DNA of 63,522 bases, filler included, from Choristocarpus tenellus KU-1152 (GCA_964200185.2; 9 parts of 9 records of this genome joined end to end with filler, not necessarily neighbours in it), one strand, 5' to 3'. Counted from the whole stretch's first letter, positions 12,901-26,071 are shown. Notes: generated by a model not told the origin, from the letters alone. Numbers and translations are program-made.

Positions 12901-13329
12901 TCGACGCCGTGGATAACCGTTAACGGGTTTCGCAAAACGGTGAATATTTTTAGTTGAACATCTGCTTTTTGACACATATAACTAGTACAAAAGTTATATT
13001 ACATTTAATTCCGAACAGAGGAAGCGTTACACAACTACATTCTATTTATAGTACAATATTAGATGTAGAAGATCGGTTGATCATAGTTTCGGATGCTCAC
13101 TCTTTGCGTTCAGGTGTATGTATCGATCATTATCTTATATTTTTCTGGTACAATTTGTACAGTTGGAGGAACTATTATACAACTACGTGCTATTTAAAGT
13201 ACTGTATTAAATGCAGAGGACATGAGATTTTGACCAAAATTTGGGGTGTCCACCTTGTCACTTTTAGCAATATGTAGACATTTTCCTCCATGCACACAGT
13301 TGGGGGTTGATAAAAATTTACTCCACGGT

Positions 13330-13402
13330 CACCGAAGGTGGGGCTCGAACCCACGACCATACGATTAAAAGTCGTACGCTCTACCGACTGAGCTACTCCG
13401 GC
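13330..13402 (-). tRNA. tRNA-Lys(UUU)
   Basis: GCCGGAG TA GCTC AGTCGGTA GAGC G TACGA CTTTTAA TCGTA TGGTC GTGGG TTCGAGC CCCAC CTTCGGT G: complete 73-nt cloverleaf, anticodon TTT, no intron. Confidence 0.97.
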
Positions 13403-13529
13403 TCTCACATAAGAATACAATAGCGTTAGAGTATTATATATTTACCATTGGTACTGGTAGTGTGATATGATATGGTATTATTACCGTAGTAGTGAAGGAA
13501 TTTACATCCGTTCCGTCTATCTCCAAGGA

Positions 13530-13800
13530 CCATTTAGTCATCGAGATAGAGTCCACAAACAACCACATCAAAGGAGGAGCACCAGGGAGTGGGAAACCAT
13601 TATTTGAGTGGCTCTTGCAGAGTATGCTTATTGGTGATGATGTGGGCAATGTCTCGAAGACCTAAGGAGGTTTGGGGAGGATGAAGACAGTGCTTGCAAA
13701 GGTGACCAGGTCATTCCGTTTCCCTGTATTGGTAGTAATGATGGAGAATATATCTCTTCTGTTGAAGTGCTCCACACTGAACCCGCCTTAGAGATGATCG
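13530..13800 (+). mobile_element. RTE-clade LINE reverse transcriptase remnant
   Basis: Translates as LQSMLIGDDVGNVSKT*GGLGRMKTVLAKVTRSFRFPV, a decayed version of the RTE pattern SMLYADDAGIVS..GL..MMTVI....FGL.V. Confidence 0.55.
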
Positions 13801-14293
13801 ATCATGTGCCTTGGTAGAGGACAATCAGTGAAAGCAAGTGAGAGGTAGGGTGGGTGGCATTTTAAGGATCCCGAGAGTAGGCAATATGACGCTATCTTAT
13901 ATAATTGCAGAAAGAGCTTTTGCTACCAGTGGGTTCATTTTTTTTCTGGAAAGGGGGAATACTAATTTTGCTCACAATAATGGACACATAGTTTAAAACA
14001 CTGAAAGAGAATTTATTGCACAAGGTAAGAAGGATGACTTGGAATGAAAAGGGTCCAAATCTGCCTGCATCTCAATTGATTTTGCTCAATGTTTGAAATG
14101 ATGTGAACATATAATGTTAGTGTTACAAGGGCTTATGGTCTCAGTGCCATTAGCTGGACACATGGGGCTTACAACTGGTGACATACCCATTACTCTTCAT
14201 ACAGTGTGGAGTTTGGAATCGTCCACACTTGTTGCAGCATACTCCAGAAGCTTACCTCCACATGATGTGTAGATCAAGGTGGAAGTCTCGGTA

Positions 14294-14988
14294 GGACCTC
14301 CATGTTACAGCACGGTCCACCACCCACCTCCACAGGATGTGCAACTCAAATCCAATGACCTTAAAACGACGTTATGGGGGCATTACCCTTGGTAACAGTT
14401 TCTGTTACAGGCAAATAGTGCGAGCATTTTCTCCTCATGTTTTAGGAATACGAACATTTGTAACAGAGGTACAGTGTGAGGATTTTTTCTCGAGTTCTGA
14501 CAAGTACGGACTATATACGATATTAGTAACACATAGGTAGCATTACAGAATAAGTTATTTTGAGAAGATTCGGAATACCTACGTAATATTACAGAGGAAA
14601 ATGTCAAAGTCACTAAGAAGTTGAAGAATAGAGGCTAAAGATTGGAGTACCTATAGAGTAGTTGATAGAAGACCAAAGAAATTGGGTGGATGATGAAAAT
14701 AATAAGAGAGCTTCAAGTGGTAATACTTCTACCTCGCTTATGCCTCAGTCTATCTTTTAAATGAACATTGAGTCAAGCTTTGAGCTAAGCACGGAGTGGA
14801 ATATCAAGAGAAGGCTATCTGACACCCTACAACCCGTTGTAAAAGGCAACACCCTCATAGCATCGTTTTAAGGTCGTTGAATTTGATTTGTACATCCTGT
14901 GGAGGTGAGTTCTGAGGGGCGCCTGTAACATTTCTCGGGTATCAGACAGTCTTTTCTTGATATGTTACAGGCGCTCCTCAGAACTCAC
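14294..14988. repeat. Fold-back element plus terminal 84-nt hairpin
   Basis: 14294-~14420 (..CACCTCCACAGGATGTGCAACTCAAATCCAATGACCTTAAAACGAC..) is the reverse complement of ~14815-14931; 14905-14931 also pairs 26/27 with 14962-14988. Confidence 0.75.
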
Positions 14989-15183
14989 NNNNNNNNNNNN
15001 NNNNNNNNNNNNNNNNNNNNNNNNNNNNNNNNTTAATTAATTAANNNNNNNNNNNNNNNNNNNNNNNNNNNNNNNNNNNNNNNNNNNNTTGTATTTTCTT
15101 GGAATTTTCTTTTTTTTCTCAAGATAGGCCCCTTCCCCCACCCCCCCCCCCAAAAAAAAAAAAAAAACTCACACATTTCGCAG

Positions 15184-15792
15184 GTAGGTAAGACAGAGAC
15201 TGTAGTCTTGACTACGTCAGTCAACCCTTCACTGGTTGGAGGCCTGACAGTTCAGATTGGGGACAAGTTCTTGGACCTCTCTATTGCAAGCAAGATTAGC
15301 ACCATAAAGGTAAGAAACAACAGCCAGTATTTTAATTTACCAAACCCCACTGTTTCCTAGCTCCCTCTGTAAGACTCCTTACCAAATGAGCTTGTTTCAG
15401 ATGCTCCTTGTTGTATGGTGTTTTAAGAATGGGCCTAGCCCTGTCCTCAAAAGCAGAATGGTGTCTCTATCCTGAGTAGAATCTTAGAGTCGTCCTTGAG
15501 ATGTGGCTGTGACCCTTCCTCTCTTATCCTGACGGGAATGTTTTTTTCTAATCCTAAGATGTAACTGTAATTCTGACTATCCTCTTGATCTGTTTGTGGT
15601 ACAGTTGAACAGACCACCTTGAGATACGCTACACTTGCTCATTTTTCCAATAGACTGAAGTGTAAAAAAAAAAAGATGCACGAAGTCGTTTCATTTTTTT
15701 CAATATTAATTTTGTATTCCTCTTCTTTTCCTCTTCTTTTTTCTTGGACTGTATTTCAGACTCTCATGCACGATGCAGTGGCCAACAAGTGA
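15184..15792 (+). CDS. ATP5PO: Mitochondrial ATP synthase OSCP subunit, last two exons
   Basis: Exons 15184-15309 (VGKTETVVLTTSVNPSLVGGLTVQIGDKFLDLSIASKISTIK) and 15760-15792 (TLMHDAVANK*); typical OSCP/delta C-terminal motif; 5' part lies beyond the contig edge. Confidence 0.88.
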
Positions 15793-17929
15793 GAAGACTC
15801 CTCGCACATCATCTCTCTACCTTGGTTTTTTTATGTTTGCATCAAGAGATGGAGGCAAACTGTCGTCATAGCACCAAGAGGGGATAGACACTAGGATGGA
15901 GAAGAAAAGGGGTGTATGAGATGTGGTGTTGGATGGTTTTGAAGCTTCCTGCGAAGGAGTTTAAATGGATAACACAAGTAGCAGCTTGTTGGTGTAGCAC
16001 ATACTCTGAAGTGAAGTGGTTATTTAGTGGGTTTCGACCCGTACAAAATGATACATCATTGCTCTTTTTAGGGTGCTGATGAGGGGGTCGTTGGAGCTAT
16101 TTTGGTGGATTTGGTTGTGTTCGGTGAAGGGTATGTGTGTCTGGTGTGCAACAAGCGATTGTTGTTATGAGAGTTCACAGGCTACATTATTGGTAACCTT
16201 TGAGTGTACGTTGAAGTGGAGGGTAAGTGGCAGGTGTCAGGTGTTTGGAGTTATTAGGTACAGTCTGAGACTGAGTTGTTTTTGCCTTCTGGCCTTGGTG
16301 AAAACGGTTACAAGACATACGTGTCTCTAGTGTTATTCCCGACCACTATAAATATATGAGGTGAGGAAGAATGACATACCATGTTCTATATTTCATGGGC
16401 TATCTTATTTTTGTTAAGTTTTGAGGGGGACTATTGACTTGGCATGAGCTATTATGGAGAACACAGGCTCCTTCTCATGCATTTCTTGAACACACATACC
16501 TTTTCTCAAGTACAATATTACACCTCTTGGCGGATTCAGAGGTATTCTTGATGACCATTGATGACCATCCCTGCATACGAATATTGACTACTTTGAGGTG
16601 AAGGTGATAGAAATTGGTGGTACAGGATGTGACAATGAGGTCACAACCTTGCTAGGTCCAGACAGGCAACCTTGTTCCCTGTTCAGGAAATATCCTGGAG
16701 TAAGATCCCCTGACGGTGTAGAACCAAGTGCTTGTCAGCTGCAAGAAGCGAGGGGAAAGCTACCATAAAATTCATGTTGACTGAGAGCTCAGCTATGACT
16801 TGGGTCACTCACTGGCCTTTCCCTCATATTGCCGCTACTATTAAAAGCCGCACCTCAGAAGAAGCAATACTTACTACCTTTACCCAAGAAGCCAGGCCTG
16901 TGCAAAGGAATCTTTTTCTGTGGCAGGAGATACTTCATTCATCTATCATACATGCTACTAGAATTAATAATGTACAGCTGTATTGCATGTACCAGAAATT
17001 GCTTACACAAAAAGTAGTACCTATAGCCATTGGACCAAGAGTGTTAAAGGTGTATTTTTCGGTTATATTTTCATGTAGCCAGTAATAAAATAATCCGGGC
17101 AAGAGTATAGCAGTTGGTTGCATTTTATGTACTATTAATAATTGTGCATTCTATTAGACCTATTAATCTTAAGACAGTTTTTGGAAGAGTAGTACTTTTT
17201 ACTGTTTTTTTGGTATTACAATTTATTGCAACACACACTATTTGTGCATTGATCAACACTAGTACCTCAAACTACCATTGTACTGTCATGTGTACTGCCA
17301 ATGAGTAATTTCAAGGAAACAGTGTTCGGACCAATAGTGGTACTGTGTGTACCAGCAGAAACAAAGTGAAAGTCTCGTGTTTGGACCAAGATCCGTACCG
17401 TTACGCTAAGCACTAGTATTAGCTAATCGCGACTTTGTGACAGAGTGGTCGTACTGCACATATCAGTAGTAGGTGTTAACTTTATTTTTGATATTTTTAG
17501 TGTACAAACCAAGAGAGAACTGGGACGTGCTGACCAAAGACGACAACAGGTAGCACTTAGTATATGCCTACCCACCCCACAGTTACAACAGTTACAGGGA
17601 CTTGAACCAAGAAGAGACAATGATCCAAGGCCAAGGTTGTGAATGTAACATGCATTTACCTCAGGCACCCTGGGTGGATGAAGGGGGAGTGGTTGTGCAG
17701 ATAGGTCAGTACGAAAAATTGAATCTATAGTATTGTAGCAAGTACAGCATGTTGGCAGGAAAAGGGTTAGGGTTAGGGGATGAGGAAGACAGAAAGGTGT
17801 AGGTGAATATGCGTCACACACATTGTGCCGCTAAACAAGTGCATTTGTTGTATTTTCGCTGCCTCATGATACATACATAGACATAATAGAGCAAAGGAGC
17901 GCATTCATTGAGCAGTACCAGCAAACTCC

Positions 17930-19352
17930 TCAAACAAACACCGGAGTGAAATGAACACACAGCACAAACTCACCGAGATAATAAAAAGAGAGTGCTATGT
18001 CCTTTGTCAAGTGATTATCATAGTCTCCAGCACAATCGACAATGTAATCAGTGTGCTGCCCTTCCCAGTAGCCCCCCTCCCCCACTACATCATACCAGTC
18101 CTCATCACTCATTGTGCTTACGAAGAAGTCCCAAATCCTCCAGTCCGTGATCACCAACACAGAAAACCCCCAAGCAAACAGGGTTCACCCAATCACAACA
18201 GACTCCAGCCTGCATAGTCTCTCTTTCTGTGCTTAGTCCTGCGCAATGGAACAAGACCCGCAGTATCACTCACTTACTGGAGTATATACCATACAGGTGA
18301 AGGAATTCACGGAAATTGAAACACCCAGCGCCAGAAGAAGAGCTTCAACGCCTGTTTCATCCTCAAAACCCGCTTCACATCACCGAGACAGCTGGGCATG
18401 CATCAAGATCATTTGGCCTCTACAAAGGTACACACACTCTTAATACTACTATCCCAAAAGAAGGGCGGAGATAATCCCCCGTCCTTTCATGGCCATCCTT
18501 GTGTGTCCCTCCCACCTGTGCACGTACACTAATTCACCCAAGCTCAAAAGCAACAACACGCAACTAGACTACACCACCACATGATAAAAGACCTTACACT
18601 TTTTTTTTTCCTCGTTGAAGAATAACAACAATAAAATATATTTGAACACATTAATGAACCACCCTTGGAAGCGAAGACCATTTTCCCAGCAGCATACAAT
18701 GCGCATAGTCTATGTCCTTGAGATCGAACCAGGTGCTGCCTGGCCTGTTTCTGGGTGCTCATCGCCGCTCCCTCACCCCTTGCCCCTTGCCCTGATTGCA
18801 GAGAGTCATCTCATGCCACAACAGTGGGACTCGATGCAACAACTTGGCTTTACCCCCTCTTTCCCCCCAGATATCTTGGTCCCCAGAGGAAGTGCTCTTT
18901 CACCGCCTGTACCCTGTCTTAACACACTTTCATCATCAGATGAGAATGTGCTCTTTCACTGACTGTACCCTAACTCAACACACTTTCATCATCAGATGAC
19001 TCTCAGCCTTGAATGGAACTCCCCCCATCGAAAATTGAGGCAGTGCCACTACGCTGTATATACCCCTGATAATGTACTCTAGGCCTCCTTGAACCTCACT
19101 TGTTGCAGTAACATACCCAAGAACAACACAACACAGCCAGTACCAAGGCGGTAGGTACCATTGTGCCACTGCACTCGTACTTATTGCAATGCACTCTTGG
19201 GCTTGTCATACTTCACTCAGCGCCAGCAGAGCAGCAAAAAGGTCACCTCAGCCTGCAATTTCAAAGAACCAAAATGGTGCCAAGTTTCAACAATCCCTCA
19301 AAAACATCTAGCCACACCCATGAGGTTGCCTGGAGGAGAGACGTTGATGCCC
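17930..19352 (-). mobile_element. Highly degenerate Ty3/Gypsy pol (RT to integrase)
   Basis: In minus-strand order: DLFAA..DKPKSAL (cf. DL..G..D..KTAF), YLG, YCGSCS (integrase zinc finger), GFSVLVITD (integrase core); many stops and frameshifts. Confidence 0.4.
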
Positions 19353-19869
19353 NNNNNNNNNNNNNNNNNNNNNNNNNNNNNNNNNNNNNNNNNNNNTTAA
19401 TTAATTAANNNNNNNNNNNNNNNNNNNNNNNNNNNNNNNNNNNNNNNNNNNNCCCCCAGATACTTTGACCCCGAGGCATACCCTAAGCTCACAGAGTGGT
19501 GGGAGAAGGGGACGAATGCAATTTCGAGTCCACCCACCAATTGAAATTGGACTTCGATCGTTTCGGTTTTTTGTTGAAGTACGGGTAGAGTTACAGGTTG
19601 TGGTGATTTATACATCAGTGTACCTTGCCTTGGTGTCCGACTACCATGTTCAAGAACTTTCCATTTCATGAGTTATGCATTTAGATAATGGTATCGGATA
19701 CATTGCTACCAGTCAGAGTCGTCAGCGCATCATATATCATACTCGCGTTGAGGATTAGACCTGTGTTATTTTTTATTTAAAAGAGCGTGTCTACTACAAG
19801 GTTTAGACAAATAGAATATAATTCATCAATCTAACAACTCTTCTCCATCTGCTCAGCTAACCTTTCCAA

Positions 19870-20400
19870 ACAATTTGACAGGGCTTGTGATGGATACTCT
19901 GTCCTTCTCAAAGTCGATATTTATTCCTTGAACACTATAACGCACCTCCCACCTTCTTCTTAATACTCTACGCACCATCTCTTGCTTTGTCCAAGTGTCG
20001 ACAAACTAGATTCGATCTCGTTCTCCTTCGAATCTTGGAGGACCATATACCGAAGTCCACGCACGATGCTCCTAAGCACAGCACCAACCCAGGACCTCTG
20101 GAAGTGTACCTTGAACTACTTTCAGAGAAACGTACGACAATATACCTTAAACATTAACCACTCGTATACACGTCCATATTCCGTCCACACCTTTCCCTTC
20201 ACTTCGTATCAACAACTTCAACCCTAAAACCCTCAGCGACAACCATGTCTTATAACATACTAAATCCAACACATGCACGCAAACAAACGAAGTATTACAT
20301 TTAAACTGTACATGATATATATGATTTGGTTCCTCGTGCACACGCCGGGAGAAAAGGCCCAAACTGACACTCCTCTTTGTGTACACACCAGACACGACTC
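19870..20400 (-). mobile_element. LTR-retrotransposon integrase remnant
   Basis: RAWTSVYGPP at ~20066-20037 matches the integrase W-x-x-x-(F/Y)-G-x-P motif; surrounding frames are interrupted. Confidence 0.35.
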
Positions 20401-20725
20401 ATGCAAGCAAATAAACGAAAAAAACAACCTCGCAAAAGCCCAATTTTTTTTTCAATTCCTCATCCAAAAGTGGGAAAACACACCTAACTGATAGCTCTCT
20501 TTATGTGCTAACCAAATCCCATTCATGCAACCAAACCAACCAATATCCAGCCCAGGAACAGCCTAACCCATACCTCTTATTCTTCATCATAACTGCACGA
20601 GCAACATACATAAATCAATAAACCTGTTTGAACAGACACGAAATCCGACACATGCAAACGTCGAACCTCCTAACCAAACCTAAACAAATGGTGGCATATA
20701 TTCCCATTCCTCTTGCATACGTAAG

Positions 20726-20991
20726 GAGCCAAAGTATATTAGAGGGTAGGGCTGCGTCCATTTGGGGGTCAAAATCCAATGNNNNNNNNNNTTGCGATTT
20801 TGATGTAATTTTGGCTATCGTGTTTGTTAAGTGTCAATATCCATGTTCTGGACACACCTTTTCATATTGTATACATTTAACCTACTCGGAAGCATTTTGG
20901 AGCAGAAAAATGTCATAAAACAAACCATGGGAAGCCAAGTCCCAAATGGACAAACACGGCAAAACTCGTACCCTCTAAGATACTTTCACTC
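20726..20991. mobile_element. MITE family B, full length
   Basis: TAAG|GAGCCAAAGTAT...ATACTTTCACTC|TAAG: TIRs with a 4-bp flanking direct repeat. Confidence 0.9.
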
Positions 20992-21137
20992 TAAGGACAG
21001 AAAGGAACCTAACCAACAGTCTTCTCTCTTTTGCAAACACTTCAAATCAGACACGTTAGACCAAATCACACAAAAAGTGAAAATCGAAAAAGGGTGAAAA
21101 AAGGGTGCCGGAATCCCCCCCCAGATACTTTGACCCG

Positions 21138-22273
21138 TTGCTAGATGGAATGAAAGAATCACAGGTTCTTGACGTTGAGATCAGGTGAGTTGGCTGGCTG
21201 GGTGTCTATGACAATGTCGTCCCCTGCCACCTCCTCGATTGGCTCCATGATCCCCGCCTTGGTGTGTGACTTTGCCCCGTCCTGCTGGACAAAGGTGGTG
21301 TGCCCTTCCAACCTAGGCACGTGGACCTTGATTGCTGGGATGGCATCCTCGACTGTGAGCTTCTTATACCTCTCTCCCTGACCACCGTGGCTGGGACAAG
21401 CACCTTGGTGCCCTTGAGGCAGTGTTTGCTGGAGCGCTGAGCGACCTTAGTGTCTACGATTAGCCAGATCCTAATTTCTAACCACACCCCGTTTGAGAGT
21501 TTCCTGGGGTGGGCCACAGCTGCAAGGAACATCACCTTCGTTACGTAACGCCTTTTCTGTGCCGGCGGGGGTTTGGGGAAGTCCTCAGTGGGGCGCAGAT
21601 ACACACCTTGCCCATCTTTGAGGATGTAAAACCACTTTTCATCCTCATAAACCAAGTCACATAGATCGCCCACTAATACCCTACTTTCCCCCCTCCTGTG
21701 CGTGTAGCTGATGACGAAACCCACCCTCTTGACTTTTGCTGGTCTGAAAAGACTGGCTTAATCCTCCGCTCGACCTTCACCTTCTTGCACCTGCATAGAT
21801 CCCACAATGAGGCAAGGGAAACCCCAGTTCTTTGGCCACCCATTTGTGGAAGGATGTGCAGTGTACCGATGGGACATCCCAAACGTCGAGGATACTTGTA
21901 CAGTGGCCACATTGCCCCTTACAACGTTGTGCAAGGTCCATGCATTCACGCCACGTGATTTGGCTGTCTTAATCCTTCAGATAATGGAAAACAGTGATTC
22001 AGGAAATTCGAAAAGTCCTTCGCAATGGGTACAACCGTCCCCCGAGCCTTCTGAGTCTCGCGCCACCTCCGTCTCCAGGCATTGCACCACCATGCTGTTA
22101 TTCATCGGAGTGTTTAAGTCCTGACCCCGGACAGACTTCTGGGCCGAAGAATTTGGACCGACGGCTGACGGCCAACGATAGGATGAGTGAGCCCCTTGAA
22201 CAACAGGGGCCTTCGTCCTAGGCATCCCTAACACCTGCTTTGACAGTTTCACGAGGTTTCTGAACTTTATCAA
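21138..22273 (-). mobile_element. Plant/oomycete-type mariner (IS630/Tc1/mariner) transposase pseudogene
   Basis: IKP, DEKWFY, KVMFLAAVAHPR, then after a frameshift FVQQDGAKSH...QPANSPDLNVKNL*FFHSI*; third catalytic Asp reads Asn; cut at 21137 by a MITE-A terminus. Confidence 0.9.
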
Positions 22274-22570
22274 ATGCGACTTGGTTGACTTTGCACAGTA
22301 TTTTGATTATATTCCCACCCACCAGCTGGTATGTTGCAGATGTTGTCAGGTGGTTGACCAAGTCCTTAGGGCTAAGGAAAAGAGGGCCAAGGAAAAGAGA
22401 GCTCTGAGGAAAAGAGTACAGCCGATCTTTCTGTGTGTGCAGGGCCGCATGAACGGCCTGTACTCCAGATTATGACTTCAGGGTCCCGATCTAATAATGA
22501 AGGGGGAAGACCTCAAGCTTATCCATGGGGCGGGGTCGCTGGTAGCATTACTGTTGTGTGTTCCATGTGT

Positions 22571-22796
22571 GAGTGAAAGTATCTTAGAGGGTACGATTTC
22601 CCCCCTGTTTGTCCATTTGGGGCTTGGCTTCCCATGGTCTCTTTTTATGGCATTTTCCTACTCGAAAAAGTTTCGGAGTAGGTAAAATGTATACGTTATG
22701 AAAAGGTGTGTCCGGAACAAGGATATTGACACTTCCTAGCAAACATTATAGCCAGAGTTACATCAAAATCGCAACATTGGATGTTGAACCCCAAAT
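22571..22796. mobile_element. MITE family B, truncated by contig end
   Basis: GAGTGAAAGTATCTTAGAGGGTACG..GTCCATTTGGGGCTTGGCTTCCCATGG. Confidence 0.88.
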
Positions 22797-22896
22797 NNNN
22801 NNNNNNNNNNNNNNNNNNNNNNNNNNNNNNNNNNNNNNNNTTAATTAATTAANNNNNNNNNNNNNNNNNNNNNNNNNNNNNNNNNNNNNNNNNNNN

Positions 22897-22989
22897 GCGT
22901 CGGATGGGTAATGTAAGTTCACTTCTCCTGGCCAGGGCCCCACTGGACCCCCTGGTGTAGACCCCCCCCCCCTACAGATACTTTGAGCC
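22897..22989. mobile_element. MITE family A, truncated by contig start
   Basis: ..CTGGTGTAGACCCCC..CAGATACTTTGAGCC. Confidence 0.8.
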
Positions 22990-24307
22990 CGATGTCATTC
23001 TTGTCACAGCTCTCCTCATTCAACTCATCCTCTAGGAATCCTCTACCTCATCATCCTCTACCTCATCATCCGAATCAGTTGAATTGATCTAGTTGTAATC
23101 TCCTTTTGGATGGCCGCAAAGCCCACATTCAACAGCCACAACTCACTTGTGGTGCTTCTCCCTGATCTTTGTGCTCTTTCCTACAACTCTCCCAACCCAG
23201 GTCTTCACCTTTGAGACCTGAAAAATTCGCATGCACCTAGTTTCACCATGACTATATCAACATCCATGCCCAAGGCATATTTTGGACATCCTACAAAAAT
23301 TCGATCGCTTCATTGATTTCAGTGTGTATACATGGTAAGTACATGATCAAGTCACATGTTCTCATCTGAAAGTTGCAGTTGGAAGAGAATACGATAACAA
23401 TGGTTTGTGTGCTTGCAGTACACACTTGGAAAATCCATAGCGAGAGGGATGAATGGGTACCCCCAGGGGTCATCCAAGTGAAACAATTCAATGTTCCAAT
23501 GCCAACAACGTAACTGAAAATTACTAAGGCACAACCTGGTGCAGGAGTGGCCTGGATCACTCAAGACATGCATGCACACATACAGTGGAGATGCGAGACG
23601 TTTGAGAACCAGGTGTTTGTGACATGTTTGATTAAGCAGTTTGATACAGCCTTGGTATCCAAGAGAAAGAGAGTCTGTGCCAGTGGTATCAGTGGTATCA
23701 GAGTCTATTTTCACATTGAGTTTGTTTCTTCCACTTCCATGTAACATTTTTTCTACGGTATGTTCCACTTCCATGTGGCTCCAAGCATTTTGCAACCGAC
23801 AATATTGAGGCTCTGCTGCTTGTTCTCCCCAGTCCTTTGCAGCACATGATACATACTTCACACGCAACAATTGTAAAAAAGCAGCACTTCCACTACGCCA
23901 CAGTACAAATGCTCACTTATCACACAATTATCACAGAGCAGTAAATAGAACATACGGGATGTGAGGCAGCAAGTACACTCACAACAGATTTGAAGGAAAC
24001 AAAGATTTGGAGATCAGATAGAGACAGGCCAGGTCCCGAGAATGTCTGCAAAAAAGCAATGGCGTTCCACTTTCATGTCTGTCTGGGGAAGTTGGAAGCA
24101 TGATTGAAGTCACAACTATGTCACTACCCTCAACTAACCAGGAAGGTGTTAAAAAAACCTATAGATACTACACAGGTAAATGAAGGAGTAACGCTTATAG
24201 GTGTTTTGGATATCATACCGAGTAGATGAGTATAGATCAATGCTTCCAATTTCTCTAGAAACATCAAAGATAAACATGGAAGGGACACCAACATTATTGC
24301 ACACGTA

Positions 24308-25284
24308 CTCCCTCTGTCCCATAGGTCTGGACCATTAAGTTGCAGCTCTTTGGGATGACCTCAGATTCCTTAGAATATGTTGCATTAAAAAAATAAATTT
24401 CAAAGAATTCTACAAAGAATTCTGCTCTGAAATGGTTCCAAAAGAATGGAACACAAAACGGGGCATATTCTTACTCCCTCTGTCTCATAAGTCTCTATCA
24501 TTATCGGTTTTTGTGAAGTTTTTGTGAATAACTTTCTCAGGCGTGAGATTCAAAAATAGCACATAATATCGTTCAATAGTCAACAAGATCGGCTTGCCCA
24601 TAGATATCTTGGAAATATTTTTTCACTTCTAAATGATTAAGAAACTGTCCCCTTAACACAAACGGGTTTTTTTTTTTTCTGAAATGGCAGATTTAGCAAA
24701 AACAGCATAACCGGGCATAATTGGCTGGAAGTGATTGTTAATCAGACATACCGTCTCAACAAGACTTCCGATGAAGACATGGTTAGTTGCGTTGGATTCC
24801 TTGACATTTTTGCAAAAAATCAATTACTCGTCACTCTCATTTTCTCCTGAGGGCGTTCTGAATCACTTGATCTCCATTGACGGAGACAAGTACAACGCAG
24901 CCACAACTTGATGGATTAAGGGAGAGAATAAGAGTGACAAGTAATTAATTTAATGCAAAAAAATGTCAAGGAATCCAACACAACCAACCGTGTCTTCATC
25001 AGAAGTCTCGTTGAGACGTTATGTCTGATTAACAATCATTTCCAGCCAAATATGCCTGGCTTTGCTGTTTTTGCTGAATCTGCCATTTCAGAAAAAAAAA
25101 GAAAAAAGTTTGTGTTCAGGGGATGGTTTCTCAACCATTTCGAAATGAAAAACATTTTGAAGATATCTATGCGCAAGCCTAAGTTGTTGACTTTCAATCG
25201 ATATTATGTGCTATTTCTAAATCTCACATTTGAAGGAGTTATTCACAAAACCTTTAATGGCCCAGACCTATGGGACAGAGAAAG
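24308..25284. mobile_element. Stowaway-like MITE / long fold-back
   Basis: TA|CTCCCTCTGTCCCATAGGTCTGG (24306), second left end TA|CTCCCTCTGTCTCATAAG (24472), right end CCAGACCTATGGGACAGAGAAAG|TA (25286); arms ~24474-24847 and ~24920-25284 are reverse complements. Confidence 0.88.
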
Positions 25285-25902
25285 TACCCCAATGGGGATA
25301 CTCTTTGTAAGGTATGGACAATCGACACAATACAAGTGACAGTCTCAATGGTGGTCTGATTGGGTAATAATGGACAAGTACCAGGTGTACATGCAAACGA
25401 ACAATAAAAAGTGCTTGCTTAGCCCATACAGTACTCCACATACACAGAACTTCTAAATGCTGACGTATCTAATAATGGGATAGAATCTCGTTGAAGCGAC
25501 CTAAGGGAACTACCCCAAATAGATTTTCCTTGAGGAGTAAAGCGTGGACATAGGTTTGCCACATGACAGGACCCCATTCCATCCAGTATAGAAAACACTA
25601 ATGATATTCTCCTTCCAATTTTCGTTGATCCCAAATATTTTCTCACCATTTCAAAACAGAAACTTTTGCCCCTACGGTCAAGATACAAAAAAATAAAAAA
25701 CAAAACCTTACAAACAAAGTAAATCCTTATTGCCCCATTATTAGAGAGGAAATTTGGGTCCATTGTCCACACAATGAATATTGGCCTGTCGTGAAACTGC
25801 TCAAGAATTTCAGGTGGAAGTGGGTGATGCGAAAAGATGTGTATGCCTTGGACTTTACCAAGGTTCGTACACTCCCCCAACACAGCACTACAGCATAGCA
25901 CC

Positions 25903-26071
25903 ACAAAGAGGGCATCATATGGCATGTGAGTACAGAGTTCTCTAACAAAGAGGGCATCATATGACACGTGCGTACAGAGTTCTCTAACAAAGAGGGCATC
26001 ATATCACACGTGCGTACAGAGTTCTCTAACAAAGAGGGCATCATATCACACGTGCGTACAGAGTTCTCTAA
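25903..26071. repeat. Tandem repeat, 42 bp x4
   Basis: Unit ACAAAGAGGGCATCATATCACACGTGCGTACAGAGTTCTCTA, head-to-tail with no spacers. Confidence 0.95.

Noticed and set aside
21116-21137. MITE-A terminus as the mariner's own TIR
   Set aside because: It interrupts the transposase coding region just after the catalytic motif and has no TA target, so it is a secondary insertion.
24953-25339. 128-aa ORF as a gene
   Set aside because: Lies within the arm of the Stowaway-like fold-back and has no protein motif.
25419-25967. 182-aa ORF as a gene
   Set aside because: Starts inside a tandem repeat, and I found no recognisable domain or consistent splice structure.
25903-26071. CRISPR-like array (also 32745 and 39857)
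   Set aside because: Units are head-to-tail with no unique spacers, there are no cas genes, and the context is eukaryotic non-coding DNA.
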